Shown piece after piece: positions 8,508 through 18,103 of a DNA stretch of 56,248 bases; the stretch's first letter is position 1, and every line of letters begins with the position of its first letter. The stretch is from the IMG/VR virus record IMGVR_UViG_3300033149_003977, positions 1 to 56,248 of that record, one strand, 5' to 3'. Position numbers and translations under genes: made by a program. Source of the DNA: a virus. Lineage: Duplodnaviria > Caudoviricetes. The notes below the pieces were generated by a model. That model made no database searches and was not told the DNA's origin. It saw only the letters and a program-made list of their open reading frames with translations.

Positions 8508-11063
8508 GTGCTCATCCAAGGTGATGCATTGGAGGAAATGCGCAAATTGGACGATGCTACATTTACCTCCTGTTTTTGTGATCCGCCTTACGGTCTTAGC
8601 AAAACGCCGAATATGGCGGAGGTGCTCACATATTGGTTGAATGACGTTGAGTATAACGGCGGAGGTGGGGGCTTTATGTCCAAAAAATGGGACAGTTTTG
8701 TGCCTGGGCCGTTATATTGGAAAGAGGTTTATCGTCTACTCAAACCCGGTGCAGTGTTACTTGCTTTTGCGGGCACACGGACGGCGGATTTGTTAAGCGT
8801 GGCGATTCGTCTGGCGGGATTCGAGAAATTTGACGAGATCGCCTGGCTTTATGGATGTGTAGACGAGGAGACTGAGGTGCTAACACCGCACGGGTGGGAA
8901 CGGAACCCTACAACCATTGCAACCTCTCAAATATTGTGTTATAATCTGTTAGATGATACATTTGCTTGGCACAAACCAGAGAGGATGTTTATCTATGACT
9001 ACAATGATACCGCCTATAGAATTGAATCGGATTCTACAAACCAAGTCGTCTCCCGCAACCATCGTTGCGTTGTTGAACGAGGCGGAAAAAAGATATTCAT
9101 CTGTGCCGAGGCGCTCAAATGCAAAGAGAATATACCCATTCTGGAAAATATGTGCGGTTTGTCACAAACCATTTATGACGCACAACGCAACGCAGGCACT
9201 TCGGAACAAGGTATGCAGCGTAAAATGCAAAAATGTGGCTATAGGGCAGGCCAACACTGGGGCGCGTCCTCCAGAGCAATGCAAGGGCAAAGTGCAATTG
9301 ATATGCCCGATATGTGGCAAGAGTTTCTGGCGATTCAGGTCTCACGCCAAGAGAAACAAGATAAATGTTTGCGACCGGAAATGTTTGGCGGTTTGGCGGG
9401 CGCAAAACCCCGAACATTTAGCGCATTTGCGCAAGATAGCACCTTTGGGACGTCAAGGGTGGACGGAAAAGAGTTTAGCCAGCCTTCGCAAAAACATGTC
9501 GGGCGAGAACAATCCTGCATGGAAGGGCGGCGTGACCTATTTCCGCAAACACGGCAATTATCCTCCTGTCAAATATGTGCGATGTCCGCAAGAGTTCGCG
9601 ACTATGGCACGCAAGGATGGATATGTGATGGAGCATCGGTTAATTGTAGCTCAATATATAGGTCGTCCATTACTACGCACAGAGGTTGTTCATTACCTCG
9701 ATCACGATGTGACGAACAACAACCCTCAAAACCTGGCGCTATTCGAGAACAATCAATGTCACAAATTATACGAAGCGCGAGGTTCACCACCTCCTCTTTG
9801 GCAACTGTAACTCCCATTCATTACAAAGGAATTATGTGGTGCCCGCAAGTTCCGACGGGTGCCTTTGTCGCGCGTCGTCACGGCAAGATATTTGTCACGG
9901 GAAACAGCGGCTTTCCGAAATCCACCGCGATAGGCAAACAGATCGACAAGGCGGCGGGGGCAAAACGACAAAAGATTGGGGAATATCGAGTAACAGGAAA
10001 CGCTCTCACGCCAACAACCGAAAAAGGGGGTACCTATGGTGTAGGTATTCCGAACAGTGATCCAGGATACATTCCTATCACTGCTCCCGCGACGCCTGAG
10101 GCCAAGGTTTGGGAGGGATACGGCACCGCGATGAAATCCGCTCACGAGATTATCTTATGCTTTCGCAAACCACGCACGGGGACGTACGCGCAGATGGCGT
10201 TGGAATATGGCACGGGGGCGTTGGCGATAGATGCCTGTAGGATAAAGGTAAATGGACGAACATTGCGGGAGCAACACTCTGACCATCCTGCGGATGATGT
10301 TTCGAACCATGATTTTGGAAGTGAACATATTGGTGGTCAAGCAATGCAAGGCCGTTGGCCTGCGAATCTACTCTTGAGTCATTCGGTTGGTTGCGAACAA
10401 CGAGGGGATTGTGTCGAGGGATGTCCGGTCAAAATATTAGGAGAACAGAGCGGGTGGTTACATGGTGCCGGAAACAAAAATCCCACACGAATAGGACAAG
10501 GCAAAAACATCCGATTCAATACAACTCAGGAAAATGTCGCGGCTTCACGATTCAATTTTGGTGATTCTGGCACTGCTGCTCACTTCTTTCAACAATTCTA
10601 TTACACAACCAAGGCGTATCGGGCTGAGAGAGACGCGGGGCTGGAGGGATTTACAAAACTTTCGGGCGGTGAAGCCACAGGTCGCGTTGATGGAACCCCA
10701 GGATTGAAAAACCCGAGGGCTGGGGTGGGGCGGACGGGGGAGATGAGGAATCCACATCCTACGGTCAAGCCTCTCGCGCTCTGCAAATATCTGGCTACTC
10801 TCATTCGTCCGCCCGAGGAGTATCTTGATGATGCGGCGCTCTTGGTTCCCTTTGCGGGCAGCGGTTCGGAGATGATCGGCGCGTATCTCGCTGGTTGGCG
10901 TAATGTGACAGGCATAGAGCTGGAGCGAAAATATGTGGAGATTGGTCATGCACGCATTACTTGGTGGCGGCGAGCAATGGAGCAAACCGGATTGACCGAA
11001 CCGAAGGCAATAATCAAAGCGATGAAAAAGCCGCTCCCGATGTTTGAGGGAAAGAACAGATGA
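8508..11063 (+). CDS. N6-adenine/N4-cytosine DNA methyltransferase (beta class) containing an intein
   Basis: DPPY motif IV, W.YG|SGFPKS once the insert is removed, HPTVKP, PFAGSGS SAM motif. Confidence 0.92.
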   Translation: MLIQGDALEEMRKLDDATFTSCFCDPPYGLSKTPNMAEVLTYWLNDVEYNGGGGGFMSKKWDSFVPGPLYWKEVYRLLKPGAVLLAFAGTRTADLLSVAIRLAGFEKFDEIAWLYGCVDEETEVLTPHGWERNPTTIATSQILCYNLLDDTFAWHKPERMFIYDYNDTAYRIESDSTNQVVSRNHRCVVERGGKKIFICAEALKCKENIPILENMCGLSQTIYDAQRNAGTSEQGMQRKMQKCGYRAGQHWGASSRAMQGQSAIDMPDMWQEFLAIQVSRQEKQDKCLRPEMFGGLAGAKPRTFSAFAQDSTFGTSRVDGKEFSQPSQKHVGREQSCMEGRRDLFPQTRQLSSCQICAMSARVRDYGTQGWICDGASVNCSSIYRSSITTHRGCSLPRSRCDEQQPSKPGAIREQSMSQIIRSARFTTSSLATVTPIHYKGIMWCPQVPTGAFVARRHGKIFVTGNSGFPKSTAIGKQIDKAAGAKRQKIGEYRVTGNALTPTTEKGGTYGVGIPNSDPGYIPITAPATPEAKVWEGYGTAMKSAHEIILCFRKPRTGTYAQMALEYGTGALAIDACRIKVNGRTLREQHSDHPADDVSNHDFGSEHIGGQAMQGRWPANLLLSHSVGCEQRGDCVEGCPVKILGEQSGWLHGAGNKNPTRIGQGKNIRFNTTQENVAASRFNFGDSGTAAHFFQQFYYTTKAYRAERDAGLEGFTKLSGGEATGRVDGTPGLKNPRAGVGRTGEMRNPHPTVKPLALCKYLATLIRPPEEYLDDAALLVPFAGSGSEMIGAYLAGWRNVTGIELERKYVEIGHARITWWRRAMEQTGLTEPKAIIKAMKKPLPMFEGKNR
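8856..9905 (+). mobile_element. Intein (350 aa) in the methyltransferase
   Basis: Block A CVDEETEVLT, block B SRNHR, blocks F/G YKGIMWCPQV...IFVTGN followed by Ser+1. Confidence 0.9.
9103..9810 (+). CDS. HNH homing endonuclease with Zn ribbons and NUMOD3, in the +1 frame inside the intein
   Basis: CAVC..CSVKC, CPICGKSF..CDRKC, GENNPAWKGG, GYVMEHRLIV..IGRPL..EVVHYLD..NN.PQNL; frame open from 8953; GTG 9103 is an inferred start. Confidence 0.85.
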   Translation: MPRRSNAKRIYPFWKICAVCHKPFMTHNATQALRNKVCSVKCKNVAIGQANTGARPPEQCKGKVQLICPICGKSFWRFRSHAKRNKINVCDRKCLAVWRAQNPEHLAHLRKIAPLGRQGWTEKSLASLRKNMSGENNPAWKGGVTYFRKHGNYPPVKYVRCPQEFATMARKDGYVMEHRLIVAQYIGRPLLRTEVVHYLDHDVTNNNPQNLALFENNQCHKLYEARGSPPPLWQL

Positions 11064-11323
11064 TAGCTCAAAAAAACCCCGTCCAGACCGATGATGGCCG
11101 ACAAATGCGGTTGGTGGTGATGGTGATGTCCTATGAGAAGTTGCGCAACGTCCTGCATCTCCCCGCGCAGGCGCAAATCCAGCGCGTTGTGGATAATGGT
11201 GACGGGATATTGATTCAGGTGCTCATCCCGACGGACATGGTTCCGGCGGGTGCGACGCCGGAGATGGATTTACAAATGAAATTGTCGATTATGATAATGC
11301 CTATGAGGTCAGAAGGAGATTAA
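11060..11323 (+). CDS. Hypothetical protein
   Basis: ATGA overlap with the MTase stop. Confidence 0.65.
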   Translation: MIAQKNPVQTDDGRQMRLVVMVMSYEKLRNVLHLPAQAQIQRVVDNGDGILIQVLIPTDMVPAGATPEMDLQMKLSIMIMPMRSEGD

Positions 11324-12366
11324 TGCAAAGAAGCTTGCATATTCAGCGAACGTCGCATCAGGTATCGAAAATCGTCAATGACCAGCCTGCGCTTGACATA
11401 ATCAAGGTCGTCGATCCTGGAGGCGGCGACCCGTTCCCCGAAAAACGGACGCTAATCCGCCTGAAAATGAATGAGGACTGTTATCTTCCCGACGGTGCAG
11501 CGGGGGCTGACCGGTGGTGGAAAGAGTGGGGTGCGTGGGTGGCCGAACGGTCGTGGGCCTGGGGATTGGAATGTCTGAATGAGCCGTGCTGTGATACAGG
11601 GATGCACGTCAAGCGTGTTTGCGCGTTCACGAAACGTTGGCTGTTTCATCTCGCGCAACGGCATCCGAACATTCATCCAGTGATCCTCAATTTTTCACGC
11701 GGCGTGCCCGTTCCGGCGTGGGCCCCGATGTTTCGGCAAGTAATTGATTTGGCCTGGGACATGGAGGGATATATCGGATTCCACGAATATTGGGATCGCG
11801 ACGGGCCACTGGGGAACCAAAGCAAATCCTGGTTGACATTTCGATTTCAGCGGTTTTTTGATGCGCTTGGGTATTCTGTGCCGTCACTCATCACTGAATG
11901 CGGCGCGTGCGCGGGCGATCCGCATGGTTGGAAGTCGATGGGATTTACTGAGGAAGGCTATTTCAAACAGATGATGAGTTATTGTTTGACTGTTGAGGAG
12001 ATTGAACCGAAAGTCGAGGCAGCGTTTTTCTTCACCGTCGGCGGCGGTGACCAATGGAGTAAATTCGAGTTGACAGAAAATCAGATCGTAAACCTAGTGG
12101 CATCAAACGGATTGGTTACGGTCGAACCACGACTGCCGTTCATTGATCCCTCCGTGTTTCCGAAGACGAGTGATTCTCAGCCAACCGAACCGTTGCCTGA
12201 ATGCGAAACCGGGCCGCCTGAACGCTTGGCGGAAAAGGCAAGATGGTGGAATGAGGAGATCGTCCGCAATGTCGAAAATTGTGCGTCGAACGCGAAAGTC
12301 CTTCGTCTGTTGCGCAGTCAATGTAAGTTGTTGGTGAGGTTGGAGAAAAAATTAAAAGATGGTTAA
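11323..12366 (+). CDS. Putative glycoside hydrolase (TIM-barrel, clan GH-A-like), possible lysin
   Basis: LECLNEP acid/base-like motif, GFHEYW, ITECG nucleophile-like motif; Pro-rich linker and helical tail. Confidence 0.6.
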   Translation: MQRSLHIQRTSHQVSKIVNDQPALDIIKVVDPGGGDPFPEKRTLIRLKMNEDCYLPDGAAGADRWWKEWGAWVAERSWAWGLECLNEPCCDTGMHVKRVCAFTKRWLFHLAQRHPNIHPVILNFSRGVPVPAWAPMFRQVIDLAWDMEGYIGFHEYWDRDGPLGNQSKSWLTFRFQRFFDALGYSVPSLITECGACAGDPHGWKSMGFTEEGYFKQMMSYCLTVEEIEPKVEAAFFFTVGGGDQWSKFELTENQIVNLVASNGLVTVEPRLPFIDPSVFPKTSDSQPTEPLPECETGPPERLAEKARWWNEEIVRNVENCASNAKVLRLLRSQCKLLVRLEKKLKDG

Positions 12367-12667
12367 AAAATCGAGAAACAAGGTTGAAGAGTATGACCTG
12401 AACCAGGCGATATTGCACAAGGTAACCCCCTTGGCCGCTGAAGCGCAAGATGCCATGCAATCCGGCGAATTGATGGCAAAAGGATTCAAAAATTTAGCTT
12501 GTGAAATTTTGGCGGTTTACGAAGCCGCAGGAATGAAGAGTAAATTATCAAAGCGTGAGGCGCTTTACATGGTGCCACAGGACTTGGTTGTGTGGACGAT
12601 TGGTGTTGCGTTTGCAGCGGGTGCGTTGGCGCAACAGGAGGCAGAGAAAAATGCCATCGCTTCGTGA
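12359..12667 (+). CDS. Hypothetical protein
   Basis: Overlapping start/stop with neighbours. Confidence 0.65.
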   Translation: MVKKSRNKVEEYDLNQAILHKVTPLAAEAQDAMQSGELMAKGFKNLACEILAVYEAAGMKSKLSKREALYMVPQDLVVWTIGVAFAAGALAQQEAEKNAIAS

Positions 12668-14246
12668 ACGTGTATCGAGATTATTGCTCAAACCAGAATT
12701 GAATGAAATCGCACGCCGTGAATCTTTTGTTGAGACGGCGTGGCGACTGAGGCCGCATTATTTCAACCAGAGGGAACTAGCCGAACTCGATCCCGAGACA
12801 ATTGATTGGATACGCCGTCATTTGCGTCGCGCGACGGATTGGGAACCGAGTGAATCAGAGCGTTTGGATGCGGTTTACGACCAACGGTTGTTGTTTCGTG
12901 AAGAGATCATAACCCAACGGCTGGTGGGTTTGTGGACTGACTTCGGATTCGGGCAAAACATTGATATTATTGTACAGAATTCAGAGAAAAAATCGACGGC
13001 GGAGGCCGAAAGTTCAGGCGTAACGGGCGAAGATGTTTTTCGCGAATTCTGGACGGCCAAACGCAACCGCCCTGTGCTCAAGGCGAGAAATTTGCATCGG
13101 TTGAGCGAGACATTGCTTCTGGACGGAGAAATATTTTTTGTCTTTTTCATAGACAAAAATACAGGACAATGCACACTCAGAACTGTCCCGACAGAGCAAA
13201 TCAAAGAAATTATTGAGGACGCCGACGATCCGAACGTTACACTATTCTACAAACGGGAGACGACGGAGGACAACGGATATGGCAAGACGATCTATTATCC
13301 TGACGTGTACCTTGATCGGGATGAGGGCGAGGACATTGCCGACCTGGGCGACGGGCGAAAGTTGTTGGATGAATATTTACCTAGTGACGCGGTGCGTGCA
13401 GATGAAATCAAAGATGATGTAGACGTCGTAATGATGCGCGTTTCCTACCGCGATTTTGGTTCACCCGCTCGTGGTTGGCCGGTCATGTACGCCGGTGCAG
13501 CGTGGGTACGTGCATACCGCGACTTGGCGCAAGATTTGGCGATATTGACGAAAAATAACGCGATGTTCGTTCGACGGATCATGGCGGACACAGGCAGTCG
13601 AGGACTTGCTGCATTGAAGGCGCGGTTCCAATCCTCTCTGGCCGGAGGCGCGAGCAGCGAGACCAATCCGCCTCCCGTGATCGGATCGACGTTCATCAGC
13701 AACAAAACCGTGGACATAGATGAAATGCCGTTGAATCGCACGGCGTCCGAGTCGGTGAATGTGACCAACATTCTCTCGGCGATGGCCGCTCTTTCCGGTG
13801 GTGTTTATCCACATTGGATCGGTCGGGGGGAAGCGTTCAGGCTTGCGACCGCGACCGCTATGGAGGCCCCGACACTTCGCCTTTTCTCGCGATACCAGGC
13901 ATTTTGGGCCGATGTGTGGCGTGACATGGTTCATATCGTGCTAGACGCGGCAGAGAAATTCGGCGGGATGAATTTTCCTTACGATGAGCGAGAAATCGAC
14001 GTGAACACAGACGCGCTCTTGGACGTGGATCTTCCGGCGTTTACAGGTGCATTGAAAAACGTAGAAAGTTATCTGTTGCCAGAGACCATTACGAGGTTGG
14101 TCTTGCAGGCATTCAATGTGCCAGATGCCAACGCGATCATGGACGAGCAATATCCGAAGGAGGAAAATCAGTTTGACGTTGAAAAATTACAGGCTATGCT
14201 TAACGACCTGATAAAAGAAGCAAAGGAGATGGGGGATAATGCCTAG
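12651..14246 (+). CDS. Portal protein
   Basis: ~530 aa, downstream of TerL and before the head-morphogenesis gene; LLLDGEIFF, RLATATAME motifs. Confidence 0.82.
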   Translation: MPSLRERVSRLLLKPELNEIARRESFVETAWRLRPHYFNQRELAELDPETIDWIRRHLRRATDWEPSESERLDAVYDQRLLFREEIITQRLVGLWTDFGFGQNIDIIVQNSEKKSTAEAESSGVTGEDVFREFWTAKRNRPVLKARNLHRLSETLLLDGEIFFVFFIDKNTGQCTLRTVPTEQIKEIIEDADDPNVTLFYKRETTEDNGYGKTIYYPDVYLDRDEGEDIADLGDGRKLLDEYLPSDAVRADEIKDDVDVVMMRVSYRDFGSPARGWPVMYAGAAWVRAYRDLAQDLAILTKNNAMFVRRIMADTGSRGLAALKARFQSSLAGGASSETNPPPVIGSTFISNKTVDIDEMPLNRTASESVNVTNILSAMAALSGGVYPHWIGRGEAFRLATATAMEAPTLRLFSRYQAFWADVWRDMVHIVLDAAEKFGGMNFPYDEREIDVNTDALLDVDLPAFTGALKNVESYLLPETITRLVLQAFNVPDANAIMDEQYPKEENQFDVEKLQAMLNDLIKEAKEMGDNA

Positions 14247-14835
14247 GTCGCGACGGGGATTCGACCGATTCACATATAACATTCGCGTCGCCATACGGGC
14301 TTTGTGGAAGGGATATTCTACAAAGGAGCAATTTGTTGATGACATGCTCCGCGCGATGGAGGTCGGTTTCCGTGATGCTTGGTTGGAAGGCGCGGCCAAG
14401 GTTGGCGTTGGGGAAAGGGATTTGACGGATGAGGAAAAGTTTGCATTGAACGACGAAATATTGGAAAATGCACGACATCTTTATGCGTTTGCTGATGACA
14501 TAATAGCGGGTTCGCAAGCTAAAGGGGGAAAACTCACACCGCAAATTGTGCGCGGTGAGGGATGGTACAATCGTTATTGGACGGTGATGAATAAAGCCGA
14601 GGTCATGGCGGGACAGAATCGACCGCTGGAGTGGGTTTTAGGATCTAGCGAACATTGCAGCTCATGCATGAAACTGGCGGGGAAGGTCAAACGAGCCAAT
14701 TACTGGGAATCGAGGGGCATCCTTCCCCGCGTTCCAGGTGCACCGTATCTTTATTGTCGTGGATATCGGTGTCAATGTTCTCTTGTACCAACAGAAAAAT
14801 CGCTCAGTCGAGGCCCGTTACCCAGGTTGCCGTAG
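14239..14835 (+). CDS. Head morphogenesis protein (Mu gpF/SPP1 gp7-like)
   Basis: EWVLG..EHCSSC and CRGYRCQCSL motifs. Confidence 0.75.
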   Translation: MPRSRRGFDRFTYNIRVAIRALWKGYSTKEQFVDDMLRAMEVGFRDAWLEGAAKVGVGERDLTDEEKFALNDEILENARHLYAFADDIIAGSQAKGGKLTPQIVRGEGWYNRYWTVMNKAEVMAGQNRPLEWVLGSSEHCSSCMKLAGKVKRANYWESRGILPRVPGAPYLYCRGYRCQCSLVPTEKSLSRGPLPRLP

Positions 14836-14842
14836 GAGTCAA

Positions 14843-15088
14843 ATGGAAAATTCACACGGACGGTGGGAACAGTTGTTGTTACGCCTGCAAAGTGTAGCTA
14901 GGCGTCAATGTCGAGGCCACGGATTTTCATTGGTCACAGTTACATTGGCGTTTAAAAATGATCGTCTTGTCCAATGGAGTCGTCCGACGGTCAAATTTTA
15001 TGAGCCAGGTGGGAGTAATGAATTATTGGAATTGTTGGCGTGGGATAGCACACAATCGAAACAGAAACACATAATCAATAATGAATGA
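14843..15088 (+). CDS. Hypothetical protein
   Basis: AGGAG RBS then ATG 14843. Confidence 0.6.
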   Translation: MENSHGRWEQLLLRLQSVARRQCRGHGFSLVTVTLAFKNDRLVQWSRPTVKFYEPGGSNELLELLAWDSTQSKQKHIINNE

Positions 15089-15092
15089 TACC

Positions 15093-15121
15093 TTGACAGA
15101 AATGGCGATCAGTATTATACT
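15093..15121 (+). promoter_or_regulatory. sigma70-type promoter upstream of the head/tail operon
   Basis: TTGACA-17 bp-TATACT. Confidence 0.75.
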
Positions 15122-15153
15122 ATAGATAGCTGCTTGAATTGCATATATTGAGC

Positions 15154-15202
15154 AGGCACGCTGTTCTGCGCCGATGGCGCGGATGGCGTGCCTTTCTTTT
15201 TT
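15154..15202 (+). terminator. Terminator/attenuator hairpin in the leader
   Basis: AGGCACGC...GCGCC-gat-GGCGC...GCGTGCCT followed by TTCTTTTTT. Confidence 0.7.
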
Positions 15203-15212
15203 GGGAGGGGAC

Positions 15213-15662
15213 GTGAGAGGAAGATATTTCAATCCGAACCACTTGCCAGTGATTGTACAAGCGTTGCCCGTCCAGACATTACCTGCGGCGGGGGCATACG
15301 TTGCATCCGACATAATTCCGTGTGCTGGATTTGCGGGAGTGACAATTTATTATTCATACGCGCGCGCCAACATGGCCGGGGCCGTCACTTTCTTTTGTGA
15401 TTTATATTTATGTTCATCAACCGACGCTTATCAACAAGGCGCGGTCGGTGTAGGAGCTGTGGTGGCGGGCGTTCAGATTGCGTCATTGGCACAATCTGAA
15501 ACAATAACATACACAAATGAAGGTCTTGCTGGCACTGAATTTCGGACATACATGATGCGATTTAATGACGCCGTAGAACAGATCAGAATTCAGGCGGCGG
15601 AGAGCGGAGCTGTTGGCAACCCTGGCGACTTCGGGGCTATTTTCCAGTTCGCGTTGGAATAA
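15213..15662 (+). CDS. Hypothetical, probable virion protein
   Basis: GGAGG RBS + GTG 15213; Ala/Gly/Val-rich beta-type sequence. Confidence 0.65.
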   Translation: MRGRYFNPNHLPVIVQALPVQTLPAAGAYVASDIIPCAGFAGVTIYYSYARANMAGAVTFFCDLYLCSSTDAYQQGAVGVGAVVAGVQIASLAQSETITYTNEGLAGTEFRTYMMRFNDAVEQIRIQAAESGAVGNPGDFGAIFQFALE

Positions 15663-15677
15663 GGAGCGAATAAAAAT

Positions 15678-16547
15678 ATGAGCAGCATTCCAGGCACAAG
15701 TCCGCGCGGGCATACTCCTGTCGGCGGTGGCGGTGTATCACATCAGGACGACGCAGCATTTACGCCCGGAACCGATTTGGTGACGCCGACAGGGGCCATG
15801 TTCGATGACGTAGCCCCTGATTCTGTAGATGAAGGAGATGTTGGCATACCGCGCATGGCCGCGAATCGTGTCTTATATGTCACTATTCGAGACGCAGCGG
15901 GCAACGAACGCGGTGTTAATGTGGATGCCAACAATGACTTGGGAATTTCCCAGGCGACGCATGACAATCTGAACGCCAACGCCAACATACAAATCGGCGA
16001 CGCTGATGTGGACAACGGGAACCCAGTCCCTATCTCGGATGCGGGAGGCACGTTGTCGGTGGACGGGGCCGTGACCGTCACACCGCCTGGAGGCATGATC
16101 GAGGGCGGGTTGACCGAGATGATCGGCGTGGACGAGCAAGTTGACCAAAATGAATACAGCGCATCAGTCGGGGTTGCGCTTGGGGACGTTTACAGCGGCG
16201 AGATTCTGTCCATCGCTCTTTATTCGACCGAAAGTGGCACGGGAACCGTCCAAGTACCTGAAGGCATTGTGTACATTCTCGATGCCGACCCGAACGTGGC
16301 GGCGGGAGACACAGCATTTACTGCTGGGGAATGGGTGACAATTCTCGGAAAAATCAGAGTGTTGGCCGCCGACTGGGATGCGGACGCCAATGGCGCATTG
16401 GCTTACATCTACGACAATCCGGTGCCTTTTCATTCACTCAGTACGCTCTATTTCGTCTGGCGACAGACAGACGCGGCATCGTGGAATGATGCGGCGGGGG
16501 ACGACGAGCAATTACGGTTTAATTTTTGGTTCAGGAGAGACAGTTGA
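15678..16547 (+). CDS. Hypothetical, probable virion protein
   Basis: AAGGAG RBS; acidic Gly/Asp-rich 289 aa. Confidence 0.7.
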   Translation: MSSIPGTSPRGHTPVGGGGVSHQDDAAFTPGTDLVTPTGAMFDDVAPDSVDEGDVGIPRMAANRVLYVTIRDAAGNERGVNVDANNDLGISQATHDNLNANANIQIGDADVDNGNPVPISDAGGTLSVDGAVTVTPPGGMIEGGLTEMIGVDEQVDQNEYSASVGVALGDVYSGEILSIALYSTESGTGTVQVPEGIVYILDADPNVAAGDTAFTAGEWVTILGKIRVLAADWDADANGALAYIYDNPVPFHSLSTLYFVWRQTDAASWNDAAGDDEQLRFNFWFRRDS

Positions 16548-18094
16548 TAAAGCGGCGTAGGCGACGACCCTGGGCTTGGCGACACAACCAGGGAATCATC
16601 GACTATCGGCGAAAACGGCGAACCTGGCACCCGCGTGTTCCTTACGGGAATGTTTGGTGGGTGGACGGAACGAACGGAAATGACGCGAACGTTGGTGATT
16701 CACGTGAACGGCCCTGGGCGACGATCCAGAAGGCGGCGGACACCGCCACCGCGGGTGATCTGGTGTGGATACGCGGCGGAACCTACGTTGAATTGGTGGA
16801 CTGGGACACTAATTCTGGGACACAAGTTGTCACGTTGCAAGATGTGAATGTCAAGGCACCTAATAAAGTCGAATTCGGCGCGAGCATGGCCGCCGTTGCT
16901 GCGGGAGACATTGTGCACATTTATGACAGTCGCATGTCGAACAACGGGGCCTTTGAGGTCGCGCGCGTGGGTGATACGTATGTCTTGGTAGATGGCCAAC
17001 CGTTCACGCTCAACGAGACGGCGAACGTCCAGGCGACGATCAGTCGCGTGATTTACTTTAAAAATTACAACGACGAGGCGGTGTTGCTCGATCCCGGGGC
17101 TTTGGTCGCCCACCCGCCCGCGCGTGTTATGAACGCCGTTCAGCGAATTGTGCTTGATGGAATTGACGTTACAGGCAGCGCCCACGCGGGATTAGAAATA
17201 TCACATGGCACGCGACACATCGTGGTACAAAATTGTGCCGTTTATCAAAACAACAGTCCAGGAATTTACATTTTTGACGACGCGCAGTATTCGATGATTT
17301 ACGACGTTGAGATTTGGGACAATGGCCAAGGTGCGAACGGGGAAGGTGTTTATATCGGTCTTGGGGCTGGCGGAGACACATGTCATCACAATCATGTCTG
17401 TCACTGTTGGTTCCACGACAACGGCGCGACTAGCGGATGTACTGATGAATGTGTTGACATAAAACCCGACACTGATTATACCGTTGTCGAACACTGCCTG
17501 TTCGAGGATAATTTCAGCACCTGGGGACAGATCACGCTTTCCAGTGGGTGCAGCAACAGCGTCCTGTATGGAAACGTTTTTGACGGGAATGACGGAAACG
17601 CGAATTGGTCGGGACACATCAACGTCCAAGGCGTCTTCAGCCTCATCTTTAACAATCTGATCTACAATGCGGGAACGGATTTTGACGGGTTTCGGATGGT
17701 GGACGCAGTGGGTGGGAGCAACAACCTCGTTTATCACAATATTATCATGGGTTGTGACGTAGGCATCTATTGGGACGCCGACGGTGCACCGTCCACTTAT
17801 GAGGGCGATGAGGTAAAGAACAACATCTTCAGCGGGAACACACTCCAAATGCAATGGTTGCCAGAAACGGGCGAAACCGTGGACACCAACGTCATTTGGG
17901 GTGTGACGAACGACAGTGGAGCTAATCCCATCCTGGCCGACCCGATGTTTGTTGGCGGGGGTGATTATCATATTCAGGCTGGCAGTCCCGCGCGGAACGC
18001 GGGATTGGTCGTCGGCATTCTTTCCGACCTCGACTTGAACATCAGGCCGATGGGCGGAGCACCAGACGTAGGATGTTATGAATACATCGAATGA
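16526..18094 (+). CDS. Right-handed beta-helix (pectate lyase-like) protein with choice-of-anchor-Q-like C-terminus
   Basis: WVDGTNGNDAN.G....PWATIQKAA, Asn-ladder repeats, DYHIQAGSPARNAG..DLD...RP.G.APDVGCYE; start may be TTG 16544. Confidence 0.8.
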   Translation: MVQERQLIKRRRRRPWAWRHNQGIIDYRRKRRTWHPRVPYGNVWWVDGTNGNDANVGDSRERPWATIQKAADTATAGDLVWIRGGTYVELVDWDTNSGTQVVTLQDVNVKAPNKVEFGASMAAVAAGDIVHIYDSRMSNNGAFEVARVGDTYVLVDGQPFTLNETANVQATISRVIYFKNYNDEAVLLDPGALVAHPPARVMNAVQRIVLDGIDVTGSAHAGLEISHGTRHIVVQNCAVYQNNSPGIYIFDDAQYSMIYDVEIWDNGQGANGEGVYIGLGAGGDTCHHNHVCHCWFHDNGATSGCTDECVDIKPDTDYTVVEHCLFEDNFSTWGQITLSSGCSNSVLYGNVFDGNDGNANWSGHINVQGVFSLIFNNLIYNAGTDFDGFRMVDAVGGSNNLVYHNIIMGCDVGIYWDADGAPSTYEGDEVKNNIFSGNTLQMQWLPETGETVDTNVIWGVTNDSGANPILADPMFVGGGDYHIQAGSPARNAGLVVGILSDLDLNIRPMGGAPDVGCYEYIE

Positions 18095-18103
18095 CAGGAG
18101 TAA

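Noticed and set aside
9085-9092. A_AAA_AAG slippery site as the route to the nested HNH
   Set aside because: A -1 shift leads to the third frame; the HNH is in the +1 frame
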